Shown: positions 15,562-25,065, numbered from the stretch's first letter. The stretch: DNA of 64,000 nucleotides from Candidatus Woesearchaeota archaeon (GCA_037445145.1 JBBILB010000004.1:15555-79554), one strand, 5' to 3'. Numbers and translations: made by a program. Notes: a model not told the origin generated them from the sequence alone.

Positions 15562-17094
15562 TTAATCCAACCTCAGCCACGCCTCCCGCAACTGCTGGAC
15601 ATCATTCTTGTAAATGTCGCGGAGGTCTGTTATTTTGTAATAGTCGGTTATGATGCGCTCCATGCCAAGCCCCCATGCAAGCACAGGCACAGGCTTTCCG
15701 AGCAATGGCTGCACAACCTCTGGGCGGAAAATTCCTGCGCCGCCGAGCTCAACCCACTCGTTTTTCAAAGGATGCCAGACATCAACTTCCATTGAAGGCT
15801 CCGTGTACGGAAAGTGGGACGGCCTGAGCCTTATTTTTTCAAAGCCCATCTTCTTGAAAAATTCCTTGAGATACCCCTGCAAATGGCACAAGTTTACATC
15901 GGGATCAACAACAATACCTTCAACGTGATAGAACTCAAAGAGGTGCTTCCAGTCAAGGGTTTCATTCCTGAAAACCTTCACAACGCTGAAGAACTTCGCC
16001 GGCAAGTCTTTTTCCTCAAGCCGGGAGATTGCCTGTGCGCTAAGCACGGTGCTGTGCGTCCTAAGAAGGAGTTCCTTCGCTTTTTCCTCAGACCACGGCT
16101 GCTGCCAGCCAGTGCTTCCTGTCTTTCCGCCATACTCGTGCACTGCCTTTACCTCATTTACAAATGCTTTTGGAAGCAATGCCTTGTTGGGCTTTTTCAG
16201 GTAGAAAGTGTCCTGCATTTCCCTTGCAGGATGGTCCTGGGGAACGTACAATGCATCAAGGTCCCAGAATGCGGACTGCACAATCGTGCCGGTCATCTCA
16301 TTGAATCCCATGTCGCGCCAGATTTTCTTAATCCTGTTTATTGAGTCAGAAACAAAATGCCTTCGTCCTCCTGAAATCCTTGGCACCTGCACCGTGACAT
16401 CATATCGCCTTATTGGCTTCTTTTTCCATTCGCCGGAAAGGATTACTTGAGGAGTTATTGCATCAATGACTTGCTCATCCCTCACCCCCATTTCAATAAG
16501 CTGTTTGCCAAGCGGAAGCAGAACAGCCTTCTTCAGCTTGTGCTGATCAACCCTTACAATTGCTTTTCGGTGGCGCAAAGCTTGCAAAACATCCTTTTCC
16601 TCAGGAGCAAGCTCTGTTGCGCGCACAGGGAAACTCCTGCGCAAAAATGCCTCTTCCGGAAATTCCTTTTTCAGCATAGCCCTTCCCTGCTCTGTGAGCT
16701 TGACCTTGAATCCTTTGTCGTGCGAGATGTGTACAAGTGCCTTTTTCCTCAAAAGACCGAGGCTGATGTTCAGCTCGTCCCTTGAGAGCTTTGCCTTTGC
16801 CTGGATTTTGTCAAGCAAAAGCTCCTTGTCGCCAAGCGCCTGCAAAAACCTTCTTTCCGGCAATCCCTGCTTTATGTAAAGCTCGCCGTTCTTGTCAGGA
16901 AAAACAACGTCGTAGGTTTCTGTCTCAACCTTTACTGCCTTCTTGTTCTCAAGCCACTGGAGCGCCCTGACTACTTCAACATCCTTCAGCCCTGTTGCGC
17001 TACATATTGCAGGAACAGTTGTGTGCTTGTCCAGGACCGGAAGCACCTTCCGTTCCAGTGGATGCAAGCTTTGAGCGAGCTTGTCTATGTTCAT
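15562..17094 (-). CDS. pheS: Phenylalanine--tRNA ligase alpha subunit
   Basis: 510 aa. Class II core FRNETLDWKHLFEFYHVEG, GAGIFRPEV, AWGLGMERI. N-terminal winged-helix repeats. Confidence 0.95.
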   Translation of the reverse strand: MNIDKLAQSLHPLERKVLPVLDKHTTVPAICSATGLKDVEVVRALQWLENKKAVKVETETYDVVFPDKNGELYIKQGLPERRFLQALGDKELLLDKIQAKAKLSRDELNISLGLLRKKALVHISHDKGFKVKLTEQGRAMLKKEFPEEAFLRRSFPVRATELAPEEKDVLQALRHRKAIVRVDQHKLKKAVLLPLGKQLIEMGVRDEQVIDAITPQVILSGEWKKKPIRRYDVTVQVPRISGGRRHFVSDSINRIKKIWRDMGFNEMTGTIVQSAFWDLDALYVPQDHPAREMQDTFYLKKPNKALLPKAFVNEVKAVHEYGGKTGSTGWQQPWSEEKAKELLLRTHSTVLSAQAISRLEEKDLPAKFFSVVKVFRNETLDWKHLFEFYHVEGIVVDPDVNLCHLQGYLKEFFKKMGFEKIRLRPSHFPYTEPSMEVDVWHPLKNEWVELGGAGIFRPEVVQPLLGKPVPVLAWGLGMERIITDYYKITDLRDIYKNDVQQLREAWLRLD

Positions 17095-17137
17095 ATGCGC
17101 CCTGGCAGATTAACAAGGAAAAAAGAAAACACGCTCC

Positions 17138-17941
17138 TTATTTGACAGGCTTCATCCCCTTCCATGCAGTGTCAAACAAGGTCTCCAGCGCGTTGGCAAA
17201 GAACGGCGTGTTGACCCATATTCCAACATCATACGTCGGGTGGACTTCCTTGTCGTCCAGGATCATGAACACCAAACCCTTGCCGTCTACAATGCAGAAC
17301 CTTGCCTTTGAGTCTGTATGCCTGACTTCTGCGACCTCTGAAACATCCTTGAGCGCGTCCCTGGTCTCCTTCGTGATCGGTGCAGCAATGCGTATCTTGA
17401 CGCCTTTCTTCTTGAGCTTTTCAAAAACAGGCTTGAGCCCCTCAACCTTCCTGAGGAAGCCCTGCGGTGTTGTCATTATTGTCACACTTTTCTCGGCATT
17501 CCTTATGGTAAGCTCAAGGTGGGAGTAAAGGTTATGCCTTCCACGCAAAGAACCAGAAAGGTCAGCCGGCTCCACAAGCTCCACGCCCTGCGTGTGAAGC
17601 AAATTGAGCTCGTTAAGCACGTCACTGGACTTGAGTTGCTCAAGGCGCTTGATGCGCTCATCAGCATCTTCCTTCATATTCTTCTTGACGCGCTCAAGCA
17701 CTTCCTGCGGCGGAATCGCGATGTACTTTATCGGCTTGCCGAGCTTCATCACGACAAAACCCTTTCTTTCAAGGCTTTCAAGAACATCATAGCTCCTTGA
17801 CCTAGGAACATTGGCAATGTCAGAAAGCTCCCCTGCTGTCGCAACACCACGAGAGAGCAAGGCAGTCCAAATCTTGACCTCATAGAGGTTCAAGGAGAAA
17901 TACCGACGGAGCTTGCTCAAAAATTCTTCTTTGACAATCAT
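17138..17941 (-). CDS. TrmB-family transcriptional regulator (paralog 1)
   Basis: wHTH segment WTALLSRGVATAGELSDIANVPRSRSYDVLESLERKGFVVMKLGKPIKYIAIPP, a coiled-coil linker, and a C-terminal TrmB-type effector domain. GGGGGGAGGT SD before the ATG. Confidence 0.85.
   Translation of the reverse strand: MIVKEEFLSKLRRYFSLNLYEVKIWTALLSRGVATAGELSDIANVPRSRSYDVLESLERKGFVVMKLGKPIKYIAIPPQEVLERVKKNMKEDADERIKRLEQLKSSDVLNELNLLHTQGVELVEPADLSGSLRGRHNLYSHLELTIRNAEKSVTIMTTPQGFLRKVEGLKPVFEKLKKKGVKIRIAAPITKETRDALKDVSEVAEVRHTDSKARFCIVDGKGLVFMILDDKEVHPTYDVGIWVNTPFFANALETLFDTAWKGMKPVK
17708..17869 (-). repeat. Dispersed coding repeat: the 54-codon wHTH segment is identical at protein level to 39768-39929
   Basis: Both copies encode the same 54 residues. 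The DNA is similar but not identical, with mostly third-position differences in the stretches I compared by eye. Confidence 0.85.
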
Positions 17942-18104
17942 ACATACCTCCCCCCCTTTTGTTGTTATGGGACTGGGGTAAATCAGGGCGAGTATTAAAA
18001 TGTTACGATTTTAACCACCGCACAAGGGGGATATTTACTCCCAAGTAGTGCTTTTTGACTATCTGGTATTTAATTATTGTTGTGTTTGAGAACAAGCTTG
18101 AGCA

Positions 18105-19148
18105 CTAGAACATCTTGTAGCGCAGTATTGCGCCGATTCCGCCCAATCCCTGAAGTCGCTTTCCGCCCTCGTGCTCTGTTGAAATAATCCAGACCTTCCC
18201 TTTTGTTCTGTCAACATTTTTCATCATGCTGTCAAGTTCTGAAAACTTGTTTTCCTCCCTGAGCTTCTGGATTAGCCTGTCTGTAACAAGAAGGTGCTCT
18301 ATCGCGCCTGCCTCTGCTGCCTGCGCTGTTTCTTTCATGCCGTATGATGCAGGACCCTGCTTTGCGATTTTGCCAAACAAGTCCTCAACTACAGCAATTT
18401 CTTTGCTGATTCGCTCCTGCTTCAATGCCTCCTGCATCTCCCTGCGCTTCAGAACTTCTGCGATTGCTGTTTCGTCAACGCCAGAGCACGTTGCCTGGAT
18501 TATTTTTTTCTTCAAGTCCTGACTTTTCAGGACTTTGAAAAGCTCTTCCTTCCAGAAGGACGGGCTTGCAAGGATTATTTTGTCAGGCCCAAACCTTTTG
18601 TCATAATCCTCCAGCTGCTTAACAATTTCCTCGTAGAAAGTATCTTTTATTTTTTCAGGCACTGCTTTTTTCGCGACCTTTCCTTTTATTGTCGTAAGCA
18701 TTTCATACCCGTCCCTTGCGAGTTTTGCAAACAAGGCCTCCTCGCGGTCAAAAATGCAAATAATTATTTTTGGCACTTTTGCTTTCGTTGCTTCCTTAAG
18801 GTAATCGAGCTGGTAGCGCAACCATTCCGGCTTTATGATGGTAATTGTGCTTCCGACCTCTATTGAGAAAGTGTGGTAGCTTCCGCGAGGCACGTCCTCA
18901 GGACCCTCTGTGACCTTGCCGGAAACCCTGAGCTCTGCCGCGGTGAATTCAACTTTTTCAACCTGTATTGCAAGAAAGACCTTTTTTCTCTCAGCAGCTG
19001 CCTCTTCAGTCACCTTCAGCTTGCGAAGAGTTTTTCCCTTAACCAAGTCCCCCTTGTCAATAATGTTGCTGAGGAACCACAAGTCATCAGGATTCTCAAC
19101 CAACACCTTGGCTTCTCCCTGCTTGAGCTTTAACGCGAGCTGTTTCAT
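18105..19148 (-). CDS. pelA: Pelota (Dom34) mRNA surveillance / ribosome rescue factor
   Basis: MKQLALKLKQGEAKVLVENPDDLWFLSNIIDKGDLVKGKTLRK and an eRF1-like three-domain layout. The ORF opens at TTG 19163; the first ATG is at 19148. Confidence 0.9.
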   Translation of the reverse strand: MKQLALKLKQGEAKVLVENPDDLWFLSNIIDKGDLVKGKTLRKLKVTEEAAAERKKVFLAIQVEKVEFTAAELRVSGKVTEGPEDVPRGSYHTFSIEVGSTITIIKPEWLRYQLDYLKEATKAKVPKIIICIFDREEALFAKLARDGYEMLTTIKGKVAKKAVPEKIKDTFYEEIVKQLEDYDKRFGPDKIILASPSFWKEELFKVLKSQDLKKKIIQATCSGVDETAIAEVLKRREMQEALKQERISKEIAVVEDLFGKIAKQGPASYGMKETAQAAEAGAIEHLLVTDRLIQKLREENKFSELDSMMKNVDRTKGKVWIISTEHEGGKRLQGLGGIGAILRYKMF

Positions 19149-19187
19149 GACACGGAAAAACAAACCGGCATTTAAAAAAGTAGAGCA

Positions 19188-19823
19188 TTAATAATCCTCA
19201 ATCCTAACAATTCCATAACCGTACAGCAGGTATGGCGTGCGCCTTGTATCGTACGGCTCATAATATGGCTTGGGTGCGCGGGTGTACTGGAGGTTGAACC
19301 TGGCAATATCCTTGGGAATTGTGTAGAAGTTGTTGTACCTGTATTTTCCGATTTTCTGCACCTCATAAATGTCATCAAAATGGGTGAAGTCAACAACGCG
19401 CCGGTTATCGTACGGGTTTTGGCTTGCGAAAGAATTGTAGTCCCTTAGCGTATAGCAGTTCCAGTCATTGTAATCATCAATGTCATTCTCGTCAAGGGAG
19501 TCATAAGGGTTTTCATTTATGATTTTCAGCTGGTCTTCCCTGCGCAGTTTTTGCAGGTCAGAACGCTTTGCTGTTTTTGCAGTCAGCGGCTCGTAAGAAT
19601 CATAATTGTCTGCGTTCGCAAACCGGTTGTAGTCATCAAGCGAAATACACGCGTATTTGTCAAAATCACCGGCAACATCAGGGTCAACAGCGTCATAAGG
19701 ATTGTGCAGGGCATAATTCACATTATTCCTGTAATCAACCTCGTCAGCATAATACAAAACCCTTGCAGAAGAAAGCTCAAGGCAAATGACTGCAACAAGG
19801 AATAATGCAAAAAGCTTTTTCAT
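19188..19823 (-). CDS. Secreted Tyr/Asp/Asn-rich protein with internal duplication (211 aa)
   Basis: Signal peptide MKKLFALFLVAVICLELSSA. Internal repeat NPYDAVDPDVAGDFDKYACISLDDYNRFA / NPYDSLDENDIDDYNDWNCYTLRDYNSFA. Ends ..YGYGIVRIEDY. Confidence 0.7.
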   Translation of the reverse strand: MKKLFALFLVAVICLELSSARVLYYADEVDYRNNVNYALHNPYDAVDPDVAGDFDKYACISLDDYNRFANADNYDSYEPLTAKTAKRSDLQKLRREDQLKIINENPYDSLDENDIDDYNDWNCYTLRDYNSFASQNPYDNRRVVDFTHFDDIYEVQKIGKYRYNNFYTIPKDIARFNLQYTRAPKPYYEPYDTRRTPYLLYGYGIVRIEDY

Positions 19824-19825
19824 TC

Positions 19826-20338
19826 TCAGTACCCGTATGGAAGATACCTTGACGCGTACGCGCCCACACGCGAGTACCTGTATGGATTGTAATACGGGCT
19901 TGTGAAGCCAAGCTCGTAATCATCACTGTATGGCCTGTAATCATACCCGTAATAAGTACCAACATCGTAATAAGGATAATAATAGTCAAGGTAGCCGTAT
20001 TTGTAATGCCCGGCAGGATGGCCGGAATCATAATTCCTTGTTGAGCTCTCGTATTTAGAACTTCGTGAAAAAGCAAATTCCCTTGACCTGCCATAATCAT
20101 AATGGTCACTGACACGGCTGCTGCGCCAGCCCCCATAATTCTGCGATGAATGCTCGTATTCTGACTCGCGCACACTTACGCTCTCAGAACTGCTCGAGCG
20201 GGAATAATCGCTTGAGTAGCCATCATAATAAGTCCTACCGTGATAATCATAATAATCATCAACGTACACGTGCGCTGAAACGCTGAAAGCTGAAAGAACT
20301 AATGCAACAAACAATGCAGATATATTGGCCGTTTTCAT
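19826..20338 (-). CDS. Secreted tyrosine-rich low-complexity protein (170 aa)
   Basis: ORF trimmed to ATG 20338 (MKTANISALFVALVLSAFSVSAHV signal peptide). The mature part is dominated by Y/D/S/G/R (YVDDYYDYHGRTYYDGYSSDY .. GYLDYYYPYYDVGTYYGYDYRPY .. RYLPYGY). It ends 2 nt before the next gene. Confidence 0.65.
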   Translation of the reverse strand: MKTANISALFVALVLSAFSVSAHVYVDDYYDYHGRTYYDGYSSDYSRSSSSESVSVRESEYEHSSQNYGGWRSSRVSDHYDYGRSREFAFSRSSKYESSTRNYDSGHPAGHYKYGYLDYYYPYYDVGTYYGYDYRPYSDDYELGFTSPYYNPYRYSRVGAYASRYLPYGY

Positions 20339-20430
20339 ACTGCTGCAACCCCCTTCGCTATGGGTATTTTGTAGTGAAGGCTGCTTAAAAAGGTTCGCAA
20401 AAAAAAAGCACAAGCATGAATTCACCCATA

Positions 20431-20443
20431 ATATTTATATATG
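20431..20443 (+). promoter_or_regulatory. TATA-box-like element for the 20471 operon
   Basis: ATATTTATATATG lies about 30-40 nt upstream of the GTG starts at 20471/20480. AAGGTGAT SD at 20468-20475. Confidence 0.45.
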
Positions 20444-20470
20444 TACGAATTCGCTTGGTGACAAAAGAAG

Positions 20471-21649
20471 GTGATTAATGTGAGGAGACGCGGTCAGGCA
20501 TCAGGCAGCGCGGCAGCGACACTCATAGGCCTGATAACGCTTTTGCTGGTGTTCTACATAATTTTCCTTCCGCCAGAGGAGCGAAGGGAGCTCCTGATGG
20601 AGGAAGAAGGAGTCCTGCCTCCAGGAGTGATTGCGCCAGGAGGCGAAGTCATCTTCAAGGCAGCGCCAGGAAGGCTCAATTATGTCGGCCAGACAGAATT
20701 CGAGCACTTTATCCCAAACCTGTTCCTCACTGAGGAGCGCCAGGCAAAAGTCCTTGCAGAGGCAAGCCCGTTCATTATCAAGAAGGGCTGGTTCAGGAAG
20801 CAGTTCAAGAACATCAACTTCTACATCCCTGACCTTGGGACCGTTGACAATGTCATGCTCAGCTTCCAAACACCCATTCACAGAGGCAGGCTGAAAATCT
20901 TCGTCAACGGACAGCAGGTGTTTGAGAACAACATAATAACAAACAACCCTGCGCCAGTGCCAATACCAAAGAGCCTTTTGCGCGAAAACAACGCAGTGGA
21001 ATTCCAGGTATGGGGATTTGGGCTAATATTCTCAAGACAGTACCAGCTCACTGACGTAAAGATAATTGGCGAAATAACAGACGTGAAAAAGCAGGAGGCA
21101 GCAAACTCATTCGGCATTCCAGACATTGAATACCAGAACATTGAGTCAGCATACCTCGGATTCTACCCAATATGCGACAAGGACGACGTGGGAGTGCTTG
21201 ACATAACTCTCAACAACAAAATAATTTATTCGGCAGTGCCTGTCTGCGAGAGCCCAAGCCGCCAAGACCTGTTCAAGGAGGACTTTGTTTCAGGCAAGAA
21301 CACCCTTGGCTTCAGGCTGCGCTCAGGAATGGCCCGCATAGAAAACATAATAATAAAGACATTCGTAAAGCCGACAAAAGGATATTCCGACTTCTTCTTC
21401 CTGGAGCCGGACATATTCACAGCGATTGCAACAGGAAAAGCCCATGCAGTCCTTGAGATAGAATTTGTTGACGACGGCAGACTCAAAGAAGCAGAAACAA
21501 ACATCAACGGAAGGCTGGACTTGCTTTCCCAGCGCGACCCCAAGTATGTCCGCGACATTTCCGCGGTTATCAGGGACGGCAACAATTACATCGGGCTAAT
21601 GCCGATGACTGACCTTAACGTCATCAGCCTGACAGTGCGGGTGGAGTGA
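20471..21649 (+). CDS. Hypothetical surface protein with class III (type IV pilin-like) signal-like N-terminus and three-fold internal repeat
   Basis: GTG start (the alternative GTG at 20480 gives MRRRGQASGS..). RRRGQASGSAAATLIGLITLLLVFYIIF is a basic patch, then G-Q, then a hydrophobic helix. Three repeat units: RLKIFVNGQQVF..NNAVEFQV, VLDITLNNKIIY..GKNTLGFRL, VLEIEFVDDGRL..GNNYIGLMP. Confidence 0.7.
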   Translation: MINVRRRGQASGSAAATLIGLITLLLVFYIIFLPPEERRELLMEEEGVLPPGVIAPGGEVIFKAAPGRLNYVGQTEFEHFIPNLFLTEERQAKVLAEASPFIIKKGWFRKQFKNINFYIPDLGTVDNVMLSFQTPIHRGRLKIFVNGQQVFENNIITNNPAPVPIPKSLLRENNAVEFQVWGFGLIFSRQYQLTDVKIIGEITDVKKQEAANSFGIPDIEYQNIESAYLGFYPICDKDDVGVLDITLNNKIIYSAVPVCESPSRQDLFKEDFVSGKNTLGFRLRSGMARIENIIIKTFVKPTKGYSDFFFLEPDIFTAIATGKAHAVLEIEFVDDGRLKEAETNINGRLDLLSQRDPKYVRDISAVIRDGNNYIGLMPMTDLNVISLTVRVE

Positions 21650-21651
21650 CC

Positions 21652-23130
21652 ATGGCGGAAGCCGCCACTGGCACAGAGAAGCCAAGCGGATGGGGCGTTC
21701 TTATCCTTGCATTTCTACTTATAATATGGCATGTCTTTGACCTTCTCGTAATGAGGCGCCAGGCGCTGGTATCATTCACAATACTGGCAGTAACATTCGG
21801 CGTATACGCGTTTTTGGCACTTATCGCAAAAGGAATAATGAAGGAAAAGGACTGGAAGTTTACCCTATGGTTTTTGGCAATGTGGCTTGTGCCGATAATT
21901 CTCGGGCTTGTTGCAAAAATCGTGAAGGACTTGCTAGTGCTTGAGGCAGTAACAATGGCAGCGGTTTATTTCCCGCTGTTCATATTTTATTTCCTCACGA
22001 GGGGAGCTGGCTCAAAAACAATCACGATATACTTCATAATCTGGGCATTCGGGCTTGTTTTCTGGGCAGTCACTTACGGCGACCTCGTCAGTTATGCAAG
22101 AGAGCAAAAGATTGAGCTTGGCTTCAACCCACTGCTGTCTTACGAGGCAATCATCAGCTGGACAAAAAGAGCAATAATAAACATGTACACCAGAGGTGTG
22201 GAAACAGGAAAGATGCTTGGAACTGAGATTAATATAGCAATAAGGGCTGCAAAGGGAGACTATTACACAGGACAGGTTGACACTGCAGCAAAAAAACGGC
22301 TTGGGGTATACATAGAAAACTTCAGGCCAACAGAGCCGTTCTTTTACGAAAACTCACCAGTAACTGCTTTCGCAACCCTCAAGGCAGAAACCCTTGACAA
22401 GCCTCTTGACATTCACATTACCTGCGATGCAGACGGAACAACCGCTGCAAACATAATAAGGCCAAAGGATACTTTCAACATCATCACTGCAGAACAGCAC
22501 GAGATTGACTGCATCTGGAACAAGGGAGCGCTTAAAAAGGGAATTCACAACCTCAAACTCAAGGCAGAATTTGAGTTCACAACAAGAGCATACATAAAGG
22601 CATACATAATGGATAGGGATAGGCTCAGAGAATACAGAAGGCAGAACATTGACCCGCTCGCAAACGTGCCTGACAGAACCCCTGTAGCAATATACACTTC
22701 AGGACCTGTGCGCATAGGAATGAGCCTTGGACAACAACCAATTGCGCTCGGCAGAAGCGGTGAGGCATTGCAAAGCTGGGGCATCACTGTTGAAAATATC
22801 TGGGACGGGCAGCTTGAGCAGCTCTCAATGCTATACTTCTTTGTGCCAAAAGGAATCAAGATTGCCCATGTAGAAGGAATTAACATCCAGCAAACATCCT
22901 GTGCGGCAATCCCTGAAGAGGAGCAGCAGGCATGCGATGACGGCCTGGTAAATGTTTATTCCCTAAACCCTGGAGCTGCAAGGAATTTCAGAATCCCTCT
23001 TGAAGTCACCAACCCTGAGCAAGTGCTTGGCAATGCACCAATAGCAGTGCAGAACTTTAAGGTCAGCGCACAATACAGGTATCTGCTTGAGCGCAAGTCA
23101 GTAACAGATGTCAAAGGAGCAACAGCATGA
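21652..23130 (+). CDS. Hypothetical polytopic membrane protein (about 5 TM helices) with a C-terminal domain paralogous to the three downstream lipobox proteins
   Basis: ATG 21652 lies 5 nt after GGTGGAG SD (the ORF opens at GTG 21646, overlapping the upstream stop). N-terminal hydrophobic helices (VLILAFLLIIWHVF, FTILAVTFGVYAFLALIA, LWFLAMWLVPIILGLVA, AAVYFPLFIFYFL, IYFIIWAFGLVFWAV). The C-terminal domain shares GVYIENF, SGPVRIGM, VENIWDGQL and AQYRY landmarks with the paralogs. Confidence 0.75.
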   Translation: MAEAATGTEKPSGWGVLILAFLLIIWHVFDLLVMRRQALVSFTILAVTFGVYAFLALIAKGIMKEKDWKFTLWFLAMWLVPIILGLVAKIVKDLLVLEAVTMAAVYFPLFIFYFLTRGAGSKTITIYFIIWAFGLVFWAVTYGDLVSYAREQKIELGFNPLLSYEAIISWTKRAIINMYTRGVETGKMLGTEINIAIRAAKGDYYTGQVDTAAKKRLGVYIENFRPTEPFFYENSPVTAFATLKAETLDKPLDIHITCDADGTTAANIIRPKDTFNIITAEQHEIDCIWNKGALKKGIHNLKLKAEFEFTTRAYIKAYIMDRDRLREYRRQNIDPLANVPDRTPVAIYTSGPVRIGMSLGQQPIALGRSGEALQSWGITVENIWDGQLEQLSMLYFFVPKGIKIAHVEGINIQQTSCAAIPEEEQQACDDGLVNVYSLNPGAARNFRIPLEVTNPEQVLGNAPIAVQNFKVSAQYRYLLERKSVTDVKGATA

Positions 23131-24050
23131 AAAAACAATTCTTGGTTATCGCAATAATGGCGCTGGTCCTGTCAGGATGCCAGTACGGACTTTTCCAGCG
23201 CAAGGACACAATGCACCTGCCAGAAGTCAATATAGGCACGCAGGGTGTTGAGCTCTTTTTTGCACAAGGCACCCCGCCACGGGAAGTATACGAGAGAAGC
23301 CAATTCTCACTGCTAGTAACGCTCTCCAATCTCGGCACAACAGACGTTGAAGACGGCATTTACGCTCTAAGCTATGAACCGCAATACCTTTACCTGCCAA
23401 GGCAGCAAAACCAAGGAAGGTTCAATGTCCGCGGAAAGTCAATATTCAACCCGCAGGGAGAGGAACGCCTGCTGCAATTCAATTTTGACACAAAACCCCT
23501 CGGGCCGCAGCTTCAGGGCTATCCTGCAACAATAACACTCACCGCATGCTATCCATACAGGACAAATGCACCAATAACAGTCTGCATTGACACAGACCTC
23601 ACAGGCAAGGCAGGAGGAAAAGTGTGCACTCCTGCACTGCAGGCATTCGGCCAGGGACAGGGAGCGCCTGTCGCAGTAACAACAGTTGAAACAAGGATGC
23701 TGCCCCACGAGCATGAAAACAGGGTCAGGCCTGAGTTCGTGCTCACAATCAAAAACCTTGGAATGGGAGAGGTTGTTGCGCAGGAGCTCTACCGCGACGC
23801 ATGCTCAGGAAGAGCGTTGGGACCAGAAGGGTGGGGTGTTGTTTCTGTTGAGGCAGCACTTTCTGAAAAACAACTCACGTGCGCGCCAACACCAGTAAAA
23901 ATAAAGCAACAGGGAGAAACGCGGATTGTCTGCACGCTGCCTGAAGGGATTGATTCAAGGATTGGCAGCTACACAGCGCCGCTCACCATAACACTTGGAT
24001 ACGGCTACGTTACAAGCATTAACACTCAGACAAGGATTATGAAGCCATGA
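23127..24050 (+). CDS. Hypothetical lipobox protein, paralog 1 of the double beta-sandwich family (307 aa)
   Basis: ATGA overlap with the upstream gene; AAAGGAG SD. MKKQFLVIAIMALVLSGC lipobox. Landmarks LVTLSNLG, ACYPYRTNAPITVCID, GQGQGAPVAVTTVE, IKNLGMGEV, LGYGY. Confidence 0.75.
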   Translation: MKKQFLVIAIMALVLSGCQYGLFQRKDTMHLPEVNIGTQGVELFFAQGTPPREVYERSQFSLLVTLSNLGTTDVEDGIYALSYEPQYLYLPRQQNQGRFNVRGKSIFNPQGEERLLQFNFDTKPLGPQLQGYPATITLTACYPYRTNAPITVCIDTDLTGKAGGKVCTPALQAFGQGQGAPVAVTTVETRMLPHEHENRVRPEFVLTIKNLGMGEVVAQELYRDACSGRALGPEGWGVVSVEAALSEKQLTCAPTPVKIKQQGETRIVCTLPEGIDSRIGSYTAPLTITLGYGYVTSINTQTRIMKP

Positions 24051-24060
24051 CGACCAAACA

Positions 24061-24069
24061 TTTATATAA
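24061..24069 (+). promoter_or_regulatory. TATA-box-like element (internal promoter) ahead of paralog 2
   Basis: TTTATATAA lies 23-31 nt upstream of ATG 24092, just after the stop of the preceding gene. Confidence 0.4.
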
Positions 24070-24091
24070 CTCAAAACCGTGGTGCAGAAGC

Positions 24092-25015
24092 ATGCGGAAA
24101 GCGCTTTTGCTTTGCACAGTCCTGATTCTGCTTTTTTCCGGCTGCAGGGCTGCCGCCCCCCAAGAAAGACCCACTTTTGTTGAGGAATTCAGAAGGGGAA
24201 CAGAAGGGCTTTACATGAGATTTGCGCAGAACCTGCCGCCAACAAGGCTGTTCTCCGGTGAAGAACTGGCAGTTGTCCTTGAGCTTGAGAACCGCGGAAC
24301 ATACACTATCGGCGGACCGGGCGACAGGATATACCTTTCAGGCTTTGATCCTGCAATAGTAAGCGGCATATCGCCCGCAGGAGAGCAGATTCCTTTGCTT
24401 GAGGGCAGAAGCCAGTTCGTAAGCCAGGGCGGGGTTGACACCGTCACGTTCAGGGCAATGACAAAAGTGCTTCAGGACAGGTATCCCTTGAGATTACTGG
24501 CAACTGCGTGCTATAATTATGAGACAGTCGCTTCTGCAAACATGTGCATAGACCCTGACCCTTACGCACCAGGAATAAGGCCTCGGGTGTGCGTGCCGCA
24601 GAACGTCGGGCTTGGCGAAGGGCAGGGCGCGCCTGTCGCAGTCACCCTTGTTGAGGTTGACGCAAGCCCTGGCAAGACAAGGTTCAAGATACACGTTCAG
24701 AATGTCGGCGGCGGGGAAGTATTCAGGTCAGGAGGCCAGACATTAAACAAGTGCGCGCCAGGCTCCAGGCTAGACTTTGACGAGATCGACTATGTTGAGC
24801 TTGCTGACGTGATTGTCAGCGGAGTTTCAATCAAAGGAAGCTGCAGACCGCTGGACAAGGGACACATAAGGCTGACAAACAATCAAGGGCTTGTGTACTG
24901 CGAGTTTGACAGGCCACGCGGAGAAGCAGCATACGTGAGCCCAATGACAATTGTGCTAAGATACGGCTACAGGACTTCAGTGTTCCACCAGATGGAAATT
25001 CTGCCAATAACATAA
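24092..25015 (+). CDS. Hypothetical lipobox protein, paralog 2 (307 aa from ATG 24092)
   Basis: The ORF opens at 24047 (ATGA overlap), but ATG 24092 gives a canonical MRKALLLCTVLILLFSGC lipobox signal. Landmarks VLELENRG, ACYNYETVASANMCID, GEGQGAPVAVTLVE, VQNVGGGEV, LRYGY. Confidence 0.75.
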   Translation: MRKALLLCTVLILLFSGCRAAAPQERPTFVEEFRRGTEGLYMRFAQNLPPTRLFSGEELAVVLELENRGTYTIGGPGDRIYLSGFDPAIVSGISPAGEQIPLLEGRSQFVSQGGVDTVTFRAMTKVLQDRYPLRLLATACYNYETVASANMCIDPDPYAPGIRPRVCVPQNVGLGEGQGAPVAVTLVEVDASPGKTRFKIHVQNVGGGEVFRSGGQTLNKCAPGSRLDFDEIDYVELADVIVSGVSIKGSCRPLDKGHIRLTNNQGLVYCEFDRPRGEAAYVSPMTIVLRYGYRTSVFHQMEILPIT

Positions 25016-25065
25016 AGCAGTCAGCAAATGTTGCAAGTTTTTACAGCGCTCGCCTGAATTTTATG

